From: Octopus sinensis
Taxonomy: Eukaryota
NCBI RefSeq assembly: GCF_006345805.1
Contig: NW_021832243.1
Location: 1 to 62,545, forward strand
DNA length: 62,545 nucleotides
Reading direction: 5' to 3'
The translations under genes were made by a program, and so were the position numbers. Under the pieces are notes generated by a model. The model was not told the origin of the DNA, did no database searches, and worked only from the letters and a program-made list of their open reading frames with translations. How positions within the stretch are numbered: the stretch's first letter is position 1; each line of letters opens with the position of its first letter. This document shows positions 13,790 through 28,470 of this stretch, one piece after another.

Positions 13790-16370
13790 TGTTCCACGGC
13801 ACAAAGGTGTGCCGCGAGAGATTCCTCGAGTTTCGCTAGAGATTCCTGGAGTGCCGCGATAAATAATTTTGGGATTTTCGGGAATCAGCGATCCACAAAC
13901 ACCCACAAAGTTCGCGCGTAAATATATTATATTAATTATATAAATCGTAAATATACATTAATTATGTTACACGACGAACAGTAGTTTTGCTGCAATATAT
14001 TACATTTCTGCATTTAAACCAGGATTGTCTGTAAGTAAATTGTTTAGTAGTTCTAGTAGTTTTTAATTTTTGATTTATTTATAATTTACATAAATTATTT
14101 TACGTTAATTTTAGTTATAGACTTTTTAATTTCAGTTAATTTTAATTTTAGTTTTAGATTTAAACATTCACAAATTTTGTTGAAACTTCAGTAAAATGAG
14201 AAAGAAAGTCATAGCAAACCAGACGAACACCAGAATAAGAAGTCCACCTCATCAAAACAAAAATATAACAAAAATCACATCCAATATGGTTTTATATTAT
14301 TGGTAAAAGAGAACTTCATTCCTTTTTGTATGGTTTGTTTAACAACACTCTCAAATGAAGCGATGGCTCACAGGGAACTTCAACATCCTTTAATAACCAA
14401 TCATCTGCAACATAAGGACAAACTGAAAGAATACTCTGAGATACTAAGAAATAATTTAAGAATTCAATCAAAAAGGCTGAAGAAATTTCATTCAATTTCT
14501 GAGAAATGTCAAATCGCTAATTACAAGGTTGGAACAAAAAAAGGAAAAAACCCACATTCTGATGTTGAAAACATTATTTTACCAACCTTGGAGATCGCCG
14601 TTGGCACAATGATAAGTAATGAAGCTGTCAAACAAATTAAGACCATTCCTTTGAGTGCCAACACACGATTTCTCGTAAAATTCAAGACATTTCGCGTGAC
14701 ATTGATGATCAGCCCCAAGAACATTTCACTGAGCAAAAATTAAACTCGAAAGCTTGTGGGTCTTACAAATCGATGAAAGTACAGACATCAGTAACAAAGC
14801 TCAACTAATTTCCTTTCTGCGAATCATCAAAGGTGGTAAAATCGTAAGTCAGTTTTTTCTTTTGTTGTGAATTGAAGGAAAGAACGACAGGAGAAAATGT
14901 CTTTAAACCTGGTAAACCAAATTGTCGTATTGAGACGGATGCAGTGGCAAACTTGTATTAGCGTTTTCACTAATGGCGCTCCATCCATGCAAAGTCGAAA
15001 AAAGGCTTCGTGGCTCATATATTACAAAATCCATAAGTTAATTTTGTACGTTGTTGTTGTTTGTTCCTTCTTGAGCCGTGCCTTGCTCATAAGGGCCGGT
15101 TTCCCGGTTTCTTGGCATATAGGTTCCCCAGCTAGATGGGACGCCGGTGAGCTGCAAGATGCAGGAGGAAAGAGTGAGAGAAGGTTGTGGCGAAAGTGTC
15201 AGCAGAAGTTCGCCATTACCTTCTACCGGAGCCGCGTGAAGCTTAGGTGTTTCGCTCATAAATACACACATCGCCCGGTCTGAGATTCGAACCCGCGATC
15301 TCTCGACCATGAGTCCGCTGCTCTAACCACTACGCCATGTGCCTCCACGAAATTGTACATTGCATAATTTACCGCGAGGTTTTGGTGTTAAAAATCTCTA
15401 CCTGATGGTCTCCTGAAGACGATGGACAACGTTGTTAAAGTGGTGAATTGCATAAAATCGCATTCCCTTCGGTGCAGACTTTTGCATTCCTATGTGAAAG
15501 TATGGGTTCTGATTTTTAAGTGTTTACTGCTTCATACAGAAGTGCGATGTCTCTCGAAAGGAAAAGGGCTCTCTCGATTTATCTCTTTGCGAACCGAAAT
15601 AATATTTTTCTTCGATGCTGAAAACTCTGGATTTGAATTTCTTAACGAAGATAATTGGTGACTGGAAGTAGCATTTCTCATCGATCTTTCTGAGAAGTTG
15701 AGCGTTTTAAATTTGAATCTGCAAGGAGCGAACGAAAATATTATTACAATTACAGGTAAATTAAAGTCTTTCAACGACATGTTAGAACTGTGGATAAGGA
15801 AAGTTAAAAACACGCTGTTAAAAAACTTCTTCCCAGGCGTTGAGGCTTTGCCAAACAAATTAATGATTTTGTCAGAAACACAGAAAACCATCTCTGTATC
15901 ATTTTCTAACTATTTTCCATCACTTGATTATGAAATACACGAGTGGATTATCAATCCTTTCGCAAGATACGACAGTACACAATTGTCATTAACATTAATA
16001 GAAGAAAATTTAGTTGACTTAAAAAACTATCCCGTCTACAAAGCCTCATTTTCTTTGCTAGAATTCTCAGAATTTTGGATTTCGTTTTGGAGCCAATATA
16101 CTCAATTAGCTATTACAGCCGTTAAATCTCTGTTGCCCTTTGGATCACCGCATCTTTGCGAATTAGGTATTTCTGCGCTTATGGAAATGAAGTCAAAACA
16201 CGGGAACGATTCCAAATGGTAGATGAGGAGTTACATATTTATCTAATTTAGAGCCGTGTTTTGACAAAATTCTTTCTCAAAATCAATTGCATCCTTCTCA
16301 CTAAAAACATTATTATTGTATTATTTTACCTATATTTCAAGTATGAAATTTGTAGAAAAGGAAAAACACT
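13790..16370 (+). mobile_element. Decayed hAT transposon (Buster/Charlie-like)
   Basis: CMVCLTTLSNEAM (BED-like finger), KNPHSDVENIILP, IPLSANT, LQIDESTDISNKAQLISFLR, TNGAPSM, LHTEVRCLSKG, LLPFGSPHLCELGISAL and terminal HPSH*. Subterminal gtgtgccgcg repeats at 13808-13860. Confidence 0.85.
15050..15348 (-). mobile_element. tRNA(Arg-like)-derived SINE family 3, inserted in the hAT
   Basis: Head gtggaggcacatggcgtagtggttagagcagcggactc..gggttcgaatc with a (caa)n tail. Homologous to 57713-58017. Confidence 0.85.
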
Positions 16371-16374
16371 TTCC

Positions 16375-17460
16375 TAATATTTTATAAATACAAGGAATAG
16401 TTTTATTCATCAAAGTATGCACCCATATTGTCAATACACTTTTGCCATTTCAGCGGTAGCTTGTTCAACTCGGAACTATAAAAGCCTGGCAATCTAGAGT
16501 CAATAAAATCTTGGAAGACCTGTTTTATCCAAATTCTGGAAGAAGTGATAGTCAGTGGGGGCAAGATCAGGTGAGTATGGTGGACGATGGAGAACTTCCA
16601 ACTCCAACTCCTGTAGTTACGTCAATGTCATTTTTGCGATGTGTGGTTTAGTATTGTCTTGCAATAAAATAGGAGTGGATCTGTTGACTAACCTTTTTGT
16701 AAATTTCTGCATCATTTGGTCCAGTTGGCTGCAGAATACTTCAGCCGTGACTGATGAGCCAGGTTTAATGAAATCATAATGGATCACACCTGAGCTAGAC
16801 CACCAAACACACGATTAGATTCTTTTGATGAATTTTGCTTTTTGGACTGTGTTGTGGTGGCTCGTCTCTGTCCAGCCATTGCGCCGAATATTTACGGTTG
16901 TTGTACTGCATCAATTTCTCATCCCATGTTACAATTCGATTCAAAAATGGTTCATTTTTATGACGAGAAAGTAGCAGAATGTAGGCTTGCAGACGTTGCT
17001 GTTTCTGACTTTCATTGAGTTCATGTGGAACCCACTTATCCAACCTTTTCACTTTACTGATTTGAACTAGGTGAGTCAATATTGTTTGCTTGCTAACACC
17101 AATCGACAACGATAATTCTCGGGCACTTTGAGATGGATCTGACTCGACAGTGGCTTTCAGTTCGTCATTATCAATCTATCTTTCTAGTCGACCGCGTTGC
17201 TCTTTTGTGAGGTCAAAGTTACCACTACGAAATTTTGCAAACTAATTTGTGTAATAACATTAGAATGAAACACTCCATTAATATTCCGAGCTGTCTGTGA
17301 TGCTGCATTTTCAAGAAAGATCTCATATTTCAAAACTGTACAAATTTCCGACTTATCCATCTCTAAACAAAACTAGCAAAAATCGGTTTATAAATATTTT
17401 ATAAAGCGCAAAATGAGTAAGAATAAAGAAATAGATGTCAGCTTTCTAACAAAAAATAAA
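16375..17460 (-). mobile_element. Decayed mariner (DD34D, Mos1/SETMAR-like)
   Basis: MDKSEI.. start at 17360; KVKRLDKWVPHELNESQKQQR..FLNRIVTWDEK..SAQWLDRDEPPQH. Internal deletion. Confidence 0.85.
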
Positions 17461-17544
17461 TATTGCCAAAATATAATAACAGCACAAAATGAGCAGCTGT
17501 CAAAGTTTACCATATACCTTTCTACAAATTTCATACTTGACGAC

Positions 17545-17584
<40 letters not shown>

Positions 17585-17959
17585 TTCACTTTTTAATCCG
17601 AGGGGAGGCAATGTGAGGAGCAACTACAAGAACATTACAAAATCCACAGAAAGATCAAACACATACATATATTCATATATTCATTTATATCTACAGAACA
17701 GATATAAAAGCCCGACGTTCAAAAATATAGTAAAATATAAATATATAAACATCATATAAAAATATATGAATATATAAGAATCAATGTTGCATATATAACA
17801 CCTTGAATTTACGCTTAAACTCGTAAAACATTTGGTATAAATTTGTTGAATTAAAAATTTGGGGTAATAAAACACAAAAGGACATTAAAATGACGTATTA
17901 AAATTCCAGAAAATACAGAAAAGATAAATATACAAATTTACAAAAATACATAAGATATA

Positions 17960-19111
17960 CATAAAATACTTACATACATACATACATTCACACATACATA
18001 CATACATTCACACATACATACATACAATCATACATACATACATACATTCATACATACATACATACATACATACAATCATACATACATACATACATTCATA
18101 CATACATACATTCACACATACATAAATACATACATACATTCATACATACATACATACATACATACATACATACATACATACATACATACATACATGCATG
18201 CATACATACATACATACATGCATGCATACATACATACATACATGCATGCATACATACATACATACATACATACATGCATGCATACATACATACATACATA
18301 TACATTCACACATACATACATTCACACATACATAAATACATACATACATACATTCATACATACATACATACATACATACATACATACATACATACATACA
18401 TTCATACATACATACATACATACACACATACATACATACATTCATACATACATACATACATACATACATACATTCATACATACATACATACATACATACA
18501 TACATACATACATACATTCATACATACATACATACATACATACATACATTCATACATACATAATACATACATACATACATACATTATACATACATACATA
18601 CATACATACATACATACATACATACATACACATACATACATACATTCATACATACTACATACATACATACATACATACATACACACATACATACATTCAT
18701 ACATACATACATACATACATTCATACATACATACATACATACATTCATACATACATTCATACATACATACACATACATACATACATTCATACATACATAC
18801 ATACATAATACATACATACATACATACATCATACATACATACATACATACATACATACATACATACATACATACATACATACATACATAACATACATACA
18901 TACATAATACATACATACATACATACATACATTCATACATACATACATACATACATACATACATACATTCATACATACATACATACATACATTCATACAT
19001 ACATTCATACATACATACACATATATATATATATATACATACATATATTCATTTGTGTGTGTGTGTGTATGTTGTGTGTGAGTATGTATGTGTGTTTAAC
19101 CGTGTATGTTA

Positions 19112-19142
<31 letters not shown>

Positions 19143-19169
19143 TATGTGTGTGTGTGTGTGTGTATGTTA

Positions 19170-19200
<31 letters not shown>

Positions 19201-19204
19201 TATG

Positions 19205-19235
<31 letters not shown>

Positions 19236-19260
19236 TATGTTATGTGTGTGTGTGTGTGTG
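17960..19260. repeat. ~1.1-kb (CATA)n array followed by (TG)n
   Basis: Direct reading. Source of the HTYI/MYVC ORFs. Confidence 0.95.
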
Positions 19261-19607
19261 TAGTATTTTATCGGCAAAATGCATCAAGAAACCTTCGCGA
19301 TAAACACCTCTCCCCCCGATCAACAGATCGACGCTCGAAATACCTTGTGGTATTTGTTTTAGCCACAATTCTCGACTGTCCCTCATCACTCTCTCTGTCA
19401 TGGATTCACTGAACTATATCCTGCTCCGTTCCGGTTCATCTTTATGCAACAACACTAACGTTGACCAATGAAGATATAATAGGAAAATACAGAAATACAG
19501 AAAATAAAGCGAAACTAATACATAACTGAGAAAAATCTTGGGTGAAATTACGGTGGAACGTGACCAGATTATCTTCTGCTATTCTTGTATTCTTTTATTA
19601 TCTTATT

Positions 19608-20025
19608 CTTTTACTTTACTCTCTTTTTACTCTTTTACTTGCTTCAGTCATTTGACTGCGGCCATGCTGGGGCACCGCCTTTAGTCGAGTAACTCGACCC
19701 CGGGACTTATTCTTTGTAAGCCCAGTACTTATTCTATCGGTCTCTTTGGCCGAACTGCTAAGTTACGGTGACATAAACACACTAGCATCGGTTGTCAAGC
19801 AATGCTAGGGGGACAAACACAGACACACAAACATACACACACACATATATATATATATATACATATATACGACAGGCTTCTTTCAGTTTCCGTCTACCAA
19901 ATCCACTCACAAGGCATTGGTCGGCCCGGGGCTATAGTAGAAGACACTTGCCCAAGGTGCCACGCAGTGGGACTGAACCCAGAACCATGTGGTTGGTAAA
20001 CAAGCTACTTACCACACAGCCACTC
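19608..20025 (-). mobile_element. SINE family 1, full length
   Basis: Homologous to 1939-2348. Confidence 0.9.
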
Positions 20026-20419
20026 AGTCTTTTGACTGCGGCTATGCTGGAGCACCGCCTTAAAGGGTTTTGCGTGTGTACACTTGAGCACGCGCGCGTG
20101 CGTATGCGCATGTGCAAGCACATGCGTGTGCGTGCATGCACTCACTGGTATGCAGACGTACATGCATGCGGATATATGTACATATGAATGAATACGCATG
20201 TGTGTGTGTGTATGTATGCGTGTATGTATGTGCATGTATGCGTATGCGTGCGTGTGTGTATGTGCGCGCGCCTGCTACTTAGTGGGAGTGAACTCGGAGC
20301 CATGTAGTTCGGAAGTAAGCTTCTTACCACACATCCACGTCGACAATAACAATGACGATGGCCGGAAGTGTCGATTTTGACGCATGAATGTTTGGTGGGG
20401 AGGATTTACGAAAAGATAA

Positions 20420-20427
20420 AAAGAAAT

Positions 20428-20464
<37 letters not shown>

Positions 20465-20860
20465 GAGAGAGAGAAAGGGAGAGAGAGAGATGAGAAAGAG
20501 AGAGGGGGAGAGAGAAAGGGAGAGAGAGAAAGGGAGAGAGAGAAAGGGAGAGAGAGATGAGAAAGAGAAAGGGGGAGAGAGAAAGGGAGAGAGAGAAGAG
20601 AGAGAGAGAGAAAGGGAGAGAGAGAAAGGGAGAGAGAGAAAGGGAGAGAGAGATGAGAAAGAGAGAGGGAGAGAGAGAAAGGAGAGAGAGAAAGAGAGAG
20701 AGAAGGGAGAGAGAGAAGAGAGAGAGAGAAGAGAGAGAGGGAGAGAGAGAAGGGAGAGAGAGAAAGGGAGAGAGAGAAAGGGAGAGAGAGAAAGGGAGAG
20801 AGAGAAAGGGAGAGAGAGAAAGGGAGTGAGAGATGAGAAAGAGAGAGGGAGAGAGAGAAA
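20420..20860. repeat. Polypurine (GA)n/(gagagagaaagg)n tract
   Basis: Direct reading. Confidence 0.95.
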
Positions 20861-21044
20861 ACAGGTTTTAAAAATTAAAGAACAAAAGAATCTGCATCTA
20901 CTGCCGATGGATGCTTTCATGTAATTTGAATCCAGGCATGGATTTTGCTATGGAGGCACAATGGGGAGGGACACTGGTGGGTTTGATTTTGCCCGGGATT
21001 CGGCAAATTTATCCGTTGATTGCACGATATAGTTCTTATGTTGG

Positions 21045-21215
21045 AAGGGGCTAGTCGATTAAATCGACCAAGGTGCTCAACTGGTACTTATTTCATCGAT
21101 CCTGAAAGGATGGAAAGCAAAGTCGATCTTGACGGAATCTGAACTCAGAAGGTGAAGACGGACGAAAGGCTGCTAAGCGTTTCGTCCGGCCTGCTAATGA
21201 TTCTGCCTGCTCGCC
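21045..21215 (-). mobile_element. SINE family 4 (ggcgagctggcagaa.. head), diverged
   Basis: Homologous to the copies at 51085-53375. Confidence 0.7.
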
Positions 21216-21239
21216 GTCTTGTAATAATAATAATAATAA

Positions 21240-21758
21240 CCTCAAAATTTTTTACAGGAAGATGGGAAAAACAGTTACAGTAAAGTCTGTTCCATCAAAA
21301 GAAGTGCAGGAATATTGGAATAAAATTCGGGCAGAAGAAAAAACACACAATGAAAAGGCCCCTTGGATTGATATAATATCTACAGACTTAGGCTCCTTAG
21401 AAGAGTAAAAGTGGGAGGGTGTATGGTAGAAGAGATAAAGTCTGCTCTCAGGAGGTCAAGCGAATGGAAGTCTTCAGGAAAGGATAAAATTCCTAACTTC
21501 TGGTTGAATGTCTTCCCATTCAAAAGATAGTGCTCATATCTTACGCAAAATACTTTCTATGTAATCTCAGATTTCAAAACAAACTCATAACTTTCTTATG
21601 GTTTTTAAAACATTCTCTAGAACAACACTATATACAAAACCAAATATATGGCACCCTAGGCATAACACTAACATGAACTTCTAACTTGTTGTCTCTTGAG
21701 GTCTCTGGCTGAGACTTGGAGCTAACTTGTTCAAATGCAAAGCAAAAGTCAAACATAA
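21240..21758 (+). mobile_element. R4/Dong-like retrotransposon family B, internally deleted
   Basis: YWNKI..EWKSSGKDKIPNFWLN joins directly to the ORF end and a 3' UTR shared with 27480-27737. (TAA)n on both sides. Confidence 0.75.
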
Positions 21759-21830
<72 letters not shown>

Positions 21831-21833
<3 letters not shown>

Positions 21834-24800
21834 CCGGGGGACTTTTAAAGAGAACACCGGGGGACTTTTAAGATGTAAGAAGGAAAATTCAGAGCTCCGA
21901 AACCTATCCACAAACATCGAAAACAAGGACATCCTATGGAGCCAAAGTTTTACTAACAAAGAATTGGACTGTATCCGAGTAAGTAATACAAATTGAAATT
22001 TATTACTATTTTCGAAACGAAATGATGTATTTTGACTCGATATCATCTCCACCTCTAACGCAACACATGTAAACATGCGTGAAACATCACGATCATCTCC
22101 GACCCCAAACACCATGTACAAAGGAACTACGAAGAAATTAAATGCCACCGATACTATTCAACCCAAGAATAACAATCGAGCGGTACGTACATAAACCTAC
22201 AACAAAAAATGTACGAAAAACTACACGTGCGAAATAATGTGACAACAAAAATAAACGGACCGGTACCCTACGAAAATGACGACCGTCAAAATAATGGGCC
22301 GGACGTTGTACCTCATGTCCCGCAGATAAAACCCAAAAGACGTAAATGGACACGTGAGGAATACATTTCTATCTTACACGCATACTTCACAGCAGTACTC
22401 TACCCAAAAAATGAAAATACAACAACACATACATATAAAATATGGAAGGAAAATAATAGAGATTTAGACTTGGATACAGCAATGAACCCTAATAAATTAG
22501 CTAACGTACGAAGATACATTCTCAACACAAAAAAAATATCAGAAATAGAAATAGAACACCTAAAAGAAAACATACACCAGGAAAATGTAGATAGAAGCCA
22601 CACAACAATGCCCAATAATATAAACACTGAAACTGTAAAACACGAAGACAAACGCAACATTCCCAACAAACACGATGTAAACAACGAAGGGGAGCCTAAT
22701 GATTATGATAATATAAAAAATAAAATAATCAAAGAACTGAAAACCACAGAGCTCACAATGGACCATCGACCATACCTCCCAAGAATCAAAATAAACAAAA
22801 TAACAACACCTATTATAAACAGCATAAACCTAGCCGTCACTGAACTGATAGCCACTGAATCAAAAAAAGTGATATCACTGAGCTAAATAACCTAATATAC
22901 GCAGCAGCCACTGCAGCCACAAAAGAAGCTGGATACTCACCCAAACCCGCCCAAACAGGAGTACCACCACCCAAACAAACCCTGTGGATAAATAACATCC
23001 AAAGCAAAATAAAAAAAAATAGAAAAGACCTGTCGATTCTTAATGAAATCAGCAAAGAATCAACGCTACTGAGCAACAAAAAGAGAACAAAAATACTCCG
23101 CAAATATAACATCACAGAAAAAGATTTGCCTGAAATAAAAGAAAAGCTGAAGCAAGATATCCTTGCCAAAGCACAAAGGATCCGCCGGTACAAGAAACGC
23201 CAACGCTTCTTTGAAGAAAACAAAAAGTTCAACTCCAACCCCAAAAAGTTCTACCAAGAACTGGGCAAAAATAAAATAGAAGTCACTGCAGCACCAACGG
23301 CAGAAGAATTGGAAGAATTCTGGGGAGAAATATGGTCGGCGAACGAACCACCAAAAAAAGGAGTATCAAAATAACAAACTCGGCATCTGAACAAACTTGG
23401 ACCCCCATAACAACTGAAGAGGTCACCCACGCACTGCAAAGACTAAGCAACTGGAAGGCACCTGGGCATGACAAGCTCCCCAACTTCTGGTTGAAATATC
23501 TAACAGGAATGCACAAAAAGCTGGCTGAAAACTTTAACAACGTACTAGCAGAGCCAGAGACAATGCCTGAATGGCTCACGAAGGGGAAAACCATCTTAAT
23601 TCCCAAATCAAATGAAACAGAAAAACCAGAAAACTACAGACCAATAACCTGCCTCCCTACTATGTTCAAGGCATTTACTGCAGTGATATCACAAAGGCTG
23701 AACAAGCACCTGGACGAAAACAAACTGTTCCCAGAAGAGCAGAAATGCCGCAAAGGCTCATATGGCTGTAAAGATCAACTAATGATTAATAAAGCCGTAA
23801 CTGAAGACAGCCACAGAAAGAAGAAAGGCCTCAGTATGGCCTGGATTGACTACAAAAAGGCGTTTGATAGCATCCCCCACACATGGATCCTCGAAACACT
23901 AGCCATTAACAAAGTAGCACCAACAATCATAAAATTCATAGAGCACTCTATGAATAAATGGCAAACAGTCCTACACCTCCAAACAAAAGAGGGACTCATG
24001 AAAACCAAAGACATCCCCATTAAAAGAGGAATATTCCAGGGAGATACGCTCTCTCCACTCCTTTTCTGCTTGGCACTGTCACCTCTATCTGATATGCTAA
24101 ATAGAACTGGATGCGGATATAAATGTTACGGCAAAACGATCAGCCACCTTTATATATGGATGACCTAAAACTATACGCTGCAAATGACAAACAGCTGGGA
24201 AACACTATTAAAGACAGTTCATGGATTTACCAAAGAAATAGATATGAAATTTGGATTAGAAAAATGCGCCAAAGTAACCATGAAAAGAGGAAAACTAGTT
24301 AGAGTAACAACATCACACTAGATGAAGCAAATGAAATAAAAGAATTAGACCAAAGCCAAACTTACAAATACTTAGGAATCCATGAACTAGATAAGACACA
24401 ACACACACAAATGAAAGAGAAAATAAAAAAAGAATATTATAGACGAGTTAGATCAATACTAAACACACAGAGCTCAATGCTAAAAAAAAGATAATAGGTA
24501 TCAACACTTTAGCTGTCCCATTATAAGTTACAGCTACAATATCCTTAACTGGACACGAAATGAACTGACCAAAATAGACAGGAAAACAAGAAAAATAATG
24601 ACAGGATCTAGGATGCATCACCCAAAATCTGACATAGAAAGACTATATATACAACGTATAGAAGGTGGTAGAGGCCTTATACAGCTGGAAAACTACTATA
24701 AAATAACCACCATAGGACTGCAAAAATATCTACTTCAGAAGGAAGGAAACTGATCCAGATAGCGGCAAAACACGAGCAAAACAAAAAACTGTTCTCAGTA

Positions 24801-25814
24801 TTTAAGGAAACTGACAAATACAAACAAGAAATCATACCACCTAATAAACATGAAGAAGAAGAAGAAGAAGATGAAGAAACAACAAAAGCTATAAAAAAAA
24901 TGAAATCCAAACTAAAAATAGAACAGCAACGATCCATGATAAAACGATGGCAAGAAAAGCCCCTTCATGGTAAATACTGGACTAACTAAACTAAACGCAA
25001 AAGAAATAGACAAGAAAAATCCCAGCAATGGTTGAGAAGCTCAGGACTCAAAGCAGAAACAGAGGATTTTTAATAGCAGCACAAGACCAAAGCCTCCCCA
25101 CCAGAAATTACCAAAAACATGTAATGAAAAGAAATATTACAAGTAACTGCAGAATATGTGGAGATGGACAAGAAACAAATAATCATATTATCTCTAGCTG
25201 CCCCAGTCCTGGCTAAGAAGGAATATATTCACAGACATGACAGAGTTGGAACTTACATACATTGGAAGCTATGCCAACATTATGGAATAACAACAGAAAA
25301 AAAATGGTATAGGCACACACCAGAAAAGGTCACAGAAAACGAGAAAGCAACCATACTCTGGGATATCCGATACACACAGATAGAGAAATTAAGCCAACAG
25401 ACCAGATATAGTTGTCAGAGACCATGAAAAAAAAAATGCTTTCTAATTGATGTATCAGTACCGGCAGATGACAACGTGTCTCTAAAAGAAATGGAGAAAC
25501 TCTCAAAATACAAAGACCTGGAAATAGAGGTAACTAGAATGTGGAATCTGAAAACAGAAACAATTCTATCATAGTAGGTGCATTAGGCATGATAAAAAAA
25601 TATTAGACAAATACATAACAAAAACACCAGGACTTACAAACACATATAACATACAGAAAATGCACTACTAGGCACTGCACACATCCTACGCAGAACACTT
25701 TCCATACAATAACCACCAGAGCATTACAACAAATCACAGCACATACCCAGGCACACAGAGCTGCGCTCGGTAGTGAAGTGAAAGCACGCTATAAAAATAA
25801 AAATAAAACTACTG
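21831..25814 (+). mobile_element. Near full-length R4/Dong-clade non-LTR retrotransposon (RT plus restriction-like endonuclease), family A, frameshifted
   Basis: RRKWTREEY N-term; WKAPGHDKLPNFWLK, NYRPITCL, WIDYKKAFDSIPH, RGIFQGDTLSPLLF, (Y)MDDLKLY; CRICG..HIISSC, RHDRV, and [22 protein letters not shown] motifs. ORF ~22209-25712. Flanked by (TAA)n. Confidence 0.9.
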
Positions 25815-25970
25815 ATAATAATAATAAAATAATAAAATAATAATAAAATAATAATAATAATAATAATAATAAAATATGATGATGATTATGATGATGATGA
25901 TGATGATGAGAGATGATGATGATGATGATGATGAATGATAATAATAATAATAATAAAATAATAATATAAT

Positions 25971-26009
<39 letters not shown>

Positions 26010-26017
26010 TGATGATG

Positions 26018-26065
<48 letters not shown>

Positions 26066-26080
26066 TAATAATAATTTTAC

Positions 26081-26113
<33 letters not shown>

Positions 26114-26160
26114 TATCATCATCATCATCATCATCATTTTTATCATCATCATCATCATAA
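25815..26160. repeat. (TAA)n/(TGA)n/(TCA)n trinucleotide array
   Basis: Direct reading. Confidence 0.9.
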
Positions 26161-27737
26161 GAAGAATCAAATATTCAACGATGAGGGAAAAGATCAGAAG
26201 AGGATGTTATCACAGGATAAGGGAAATACTCAAGACAGAGTTGAATGCAAGAAACACGATCGAAGCGATCAATACTTTAGTCATACTGGTCGTGACTTAC
26301 TGTTTCAATATCATTAACTGGTCAATTACTAAAGTAAGTAATCTTCACAGAAAAATACGAAAACTGTTGACAATGCACAGAATGCACCACCTAAGGCAGA
26401 AGTAGAACGACTTTACCTGCCAAGTAAAGAGGGTAACCATGGACTTTTACAACTGGAACTAACAATGAAGATTGCCACAATTGGCCACAATACGTTCCTG
26501 GAAAACTCTAACGACTGGATGTTAAAACTTGTCTCAAAATATGAAAACAAGAAAGCATCATACTCTGTAACAAAACAGGCAAAGGAATATCTAAGTGAAT
26601 TCCAAATAGAACAAATCTCAGAATTAGATGTACTGGAAACAAGAACAGAAAAAGCTAAGCGTATGAAAATAGATGCTAAAACTGTAGCCTTAGATATTCT
26701 GAATGATAAATGGCAAGAAAAACCTCTCAATGGCAAATACCCAAAGGAGGCTAATAATGCCGCTGTTAATAAAGCCTTTACCCATCAATGGTTAGTGGAT
26801 TGTGTGGAGGCGCAATAGCCCAGTGGTTAGGGCAGCGGACTCGCGGTCGTAGGATCGCGGTTTCGATTCCCAGACCGGGTGTTGTGAGTGTTTATTGAGC
26901 GAAAACACCTAAAGCTACACGAGGCTCCGGCAGGGGATGGTGGTGATCCCTGCTGTACTCTTTCACCACAACTTTCTCTCACTCTTTCTTCCTGTCTCTG
27001 TTGTACCTCTATTTCAAAGGGCCGGCCTTGTCACTCTCTGTGCCACGCTGAATATCCTCGAGAATTACGTTAAGGGTACACGTGTCTGTGGAGTGCTCAG
27101 CCACTTACACGTTAATTTCACGAGCAGGCTGTTCCGTTGGTCGGATCAACCGGAACCCTCATCGTCGTAACCGACGGAGTGCTTCCACTAGTGGATTGTG
27201 GCTTAAAATCTGAAGGGTTTATCAAAGCAGCTCAAGATCAATATGTACCTACAAGGAACTACCAGGCTAACATATTAAAGAATGCCAGTAGCCCAACATG
27301 TCGTGTATGTCAACAATGCCTCCTCATCGATATGACTGTCCCAATCGATATAAACGTATCTGTCAAGACCTACCGAAAACTGAGCAAATATAAAGATCTT
27401 GAAATAGAAATTAGCAAAATGTGGAACCTGAAGACTAAAACAAATTATTATTATTATTATTATCATTGAGTTAGAGAGCAGTGCTAGAAATTCAAAAGTT
27501 AGTGCTCATGGGAACTGCCCATATCCTACGCAAAATACTTTCTATTTAATATCAAATTTTAAAACAAACACATAATTTTCTTATACTTTCTTAAACATTC
27601 TCTAGAACAACACTATGTACAAAACCAAATATATGACACCCTAGGCATAACACCAACATGAACTTCTAACTTATTGTCACTTGAGGTCTCTAGGTGAGGC
27701 TTGGAGTCAACTTGTACAAATACAAAGTCAAAGATAT
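26160..27737 (+). mobile_element. R4/Dong-like family B, 5'-truncated, with a SINE insertion and an internal deletion
   Basis: ELNARNTIEAINTL, RMHH, KWQEKPLNG, EGFIKAAQDQ..CRVCQQ then a jump to [21 protein letters not shown]. 3' UTR as in 21540-21758. Confidence 0.8.
26805..27188 (+). mobile_element. tRNA(Arg-like)-derived SINE family 2 with a 12-bp TSD
   Basis: TSD tagtggattgtg at 26793-26804 and 27189-27200. tRNA-like head. Confidence 0.9.
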
Positions 27738-27794
27738 AACAACAACAACAACAACAATAACGATAATAATAATAATAATAATAATAATATAATA

Positions 27795-27834
<40 letters not shown>

Positions 27835-27923
27835 TTTACCCCAGTGTCACTTTGATGGCATGAACTGCTCTCTCACTCAATATAATATAATAATAATAAT
27901 ATAATAATAATAATAATAATAAT

Positions 27924-28432
27924 AAGATGGTATAGGCACACACCAGAAAAGGTCACAGAAAACGAGAAAGCAACCATACTCTGGGATATGCCGATACACA
28001 CAGATAGAGAAATTAAGGCCAACAGACCAGATATAGTTGTCAGAGATCATGAAGAAAAAAAATGCTTTCTAATTGATGTATCAATACCGGCAGATGACAA
28101 CGTGTCTCTAAAAAAATGGAGAAACTCTCAAATACAAAGACCTGGAAATGAGGTAACTAGAATGTGGAATCTGAAAACAGAAACAATTCCTATCATAGTA
28201 GGTGCATTAGGCATGATAAAAAAATATTCAGACAAATACATAACAAAAACACCAGGACTTACAAACACATATAACATACAGAAAATTGCACTACTAGGCA
28301 CTGCACACATCCTACGCAGAACACTTTCCATACAATAACCATCAGAGCATCACAACAAATCACAGCACATACCCAAGGCACACAGAGCTGCGCTCGGTAG
28401 TGAAGTGAAAGCACGCTATAAAAATAAAACTA

Positions 28433-28435
<3 letters not shown>
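27924..28435 (+). mobile_element. R4/Dong-like family A, 5'-truncated 3' end
   Basis: Nearly identical to 25305-25814 (IHTDREIKANRPDIVV..RRTLSIQ* and 3' UTR). (TAA)n on both sides. Confidence 0.9.

Positions 28436-28470
<35 letters not shown>

Noticed and set aside
26805-26880. Functional tRNA genes at the SINE heads (also 15270-15348, 30937-31010, 57713-57790)
   Set aside because: They continue into shared SINE bodies with TSDs and lack a proper acceptor stem.
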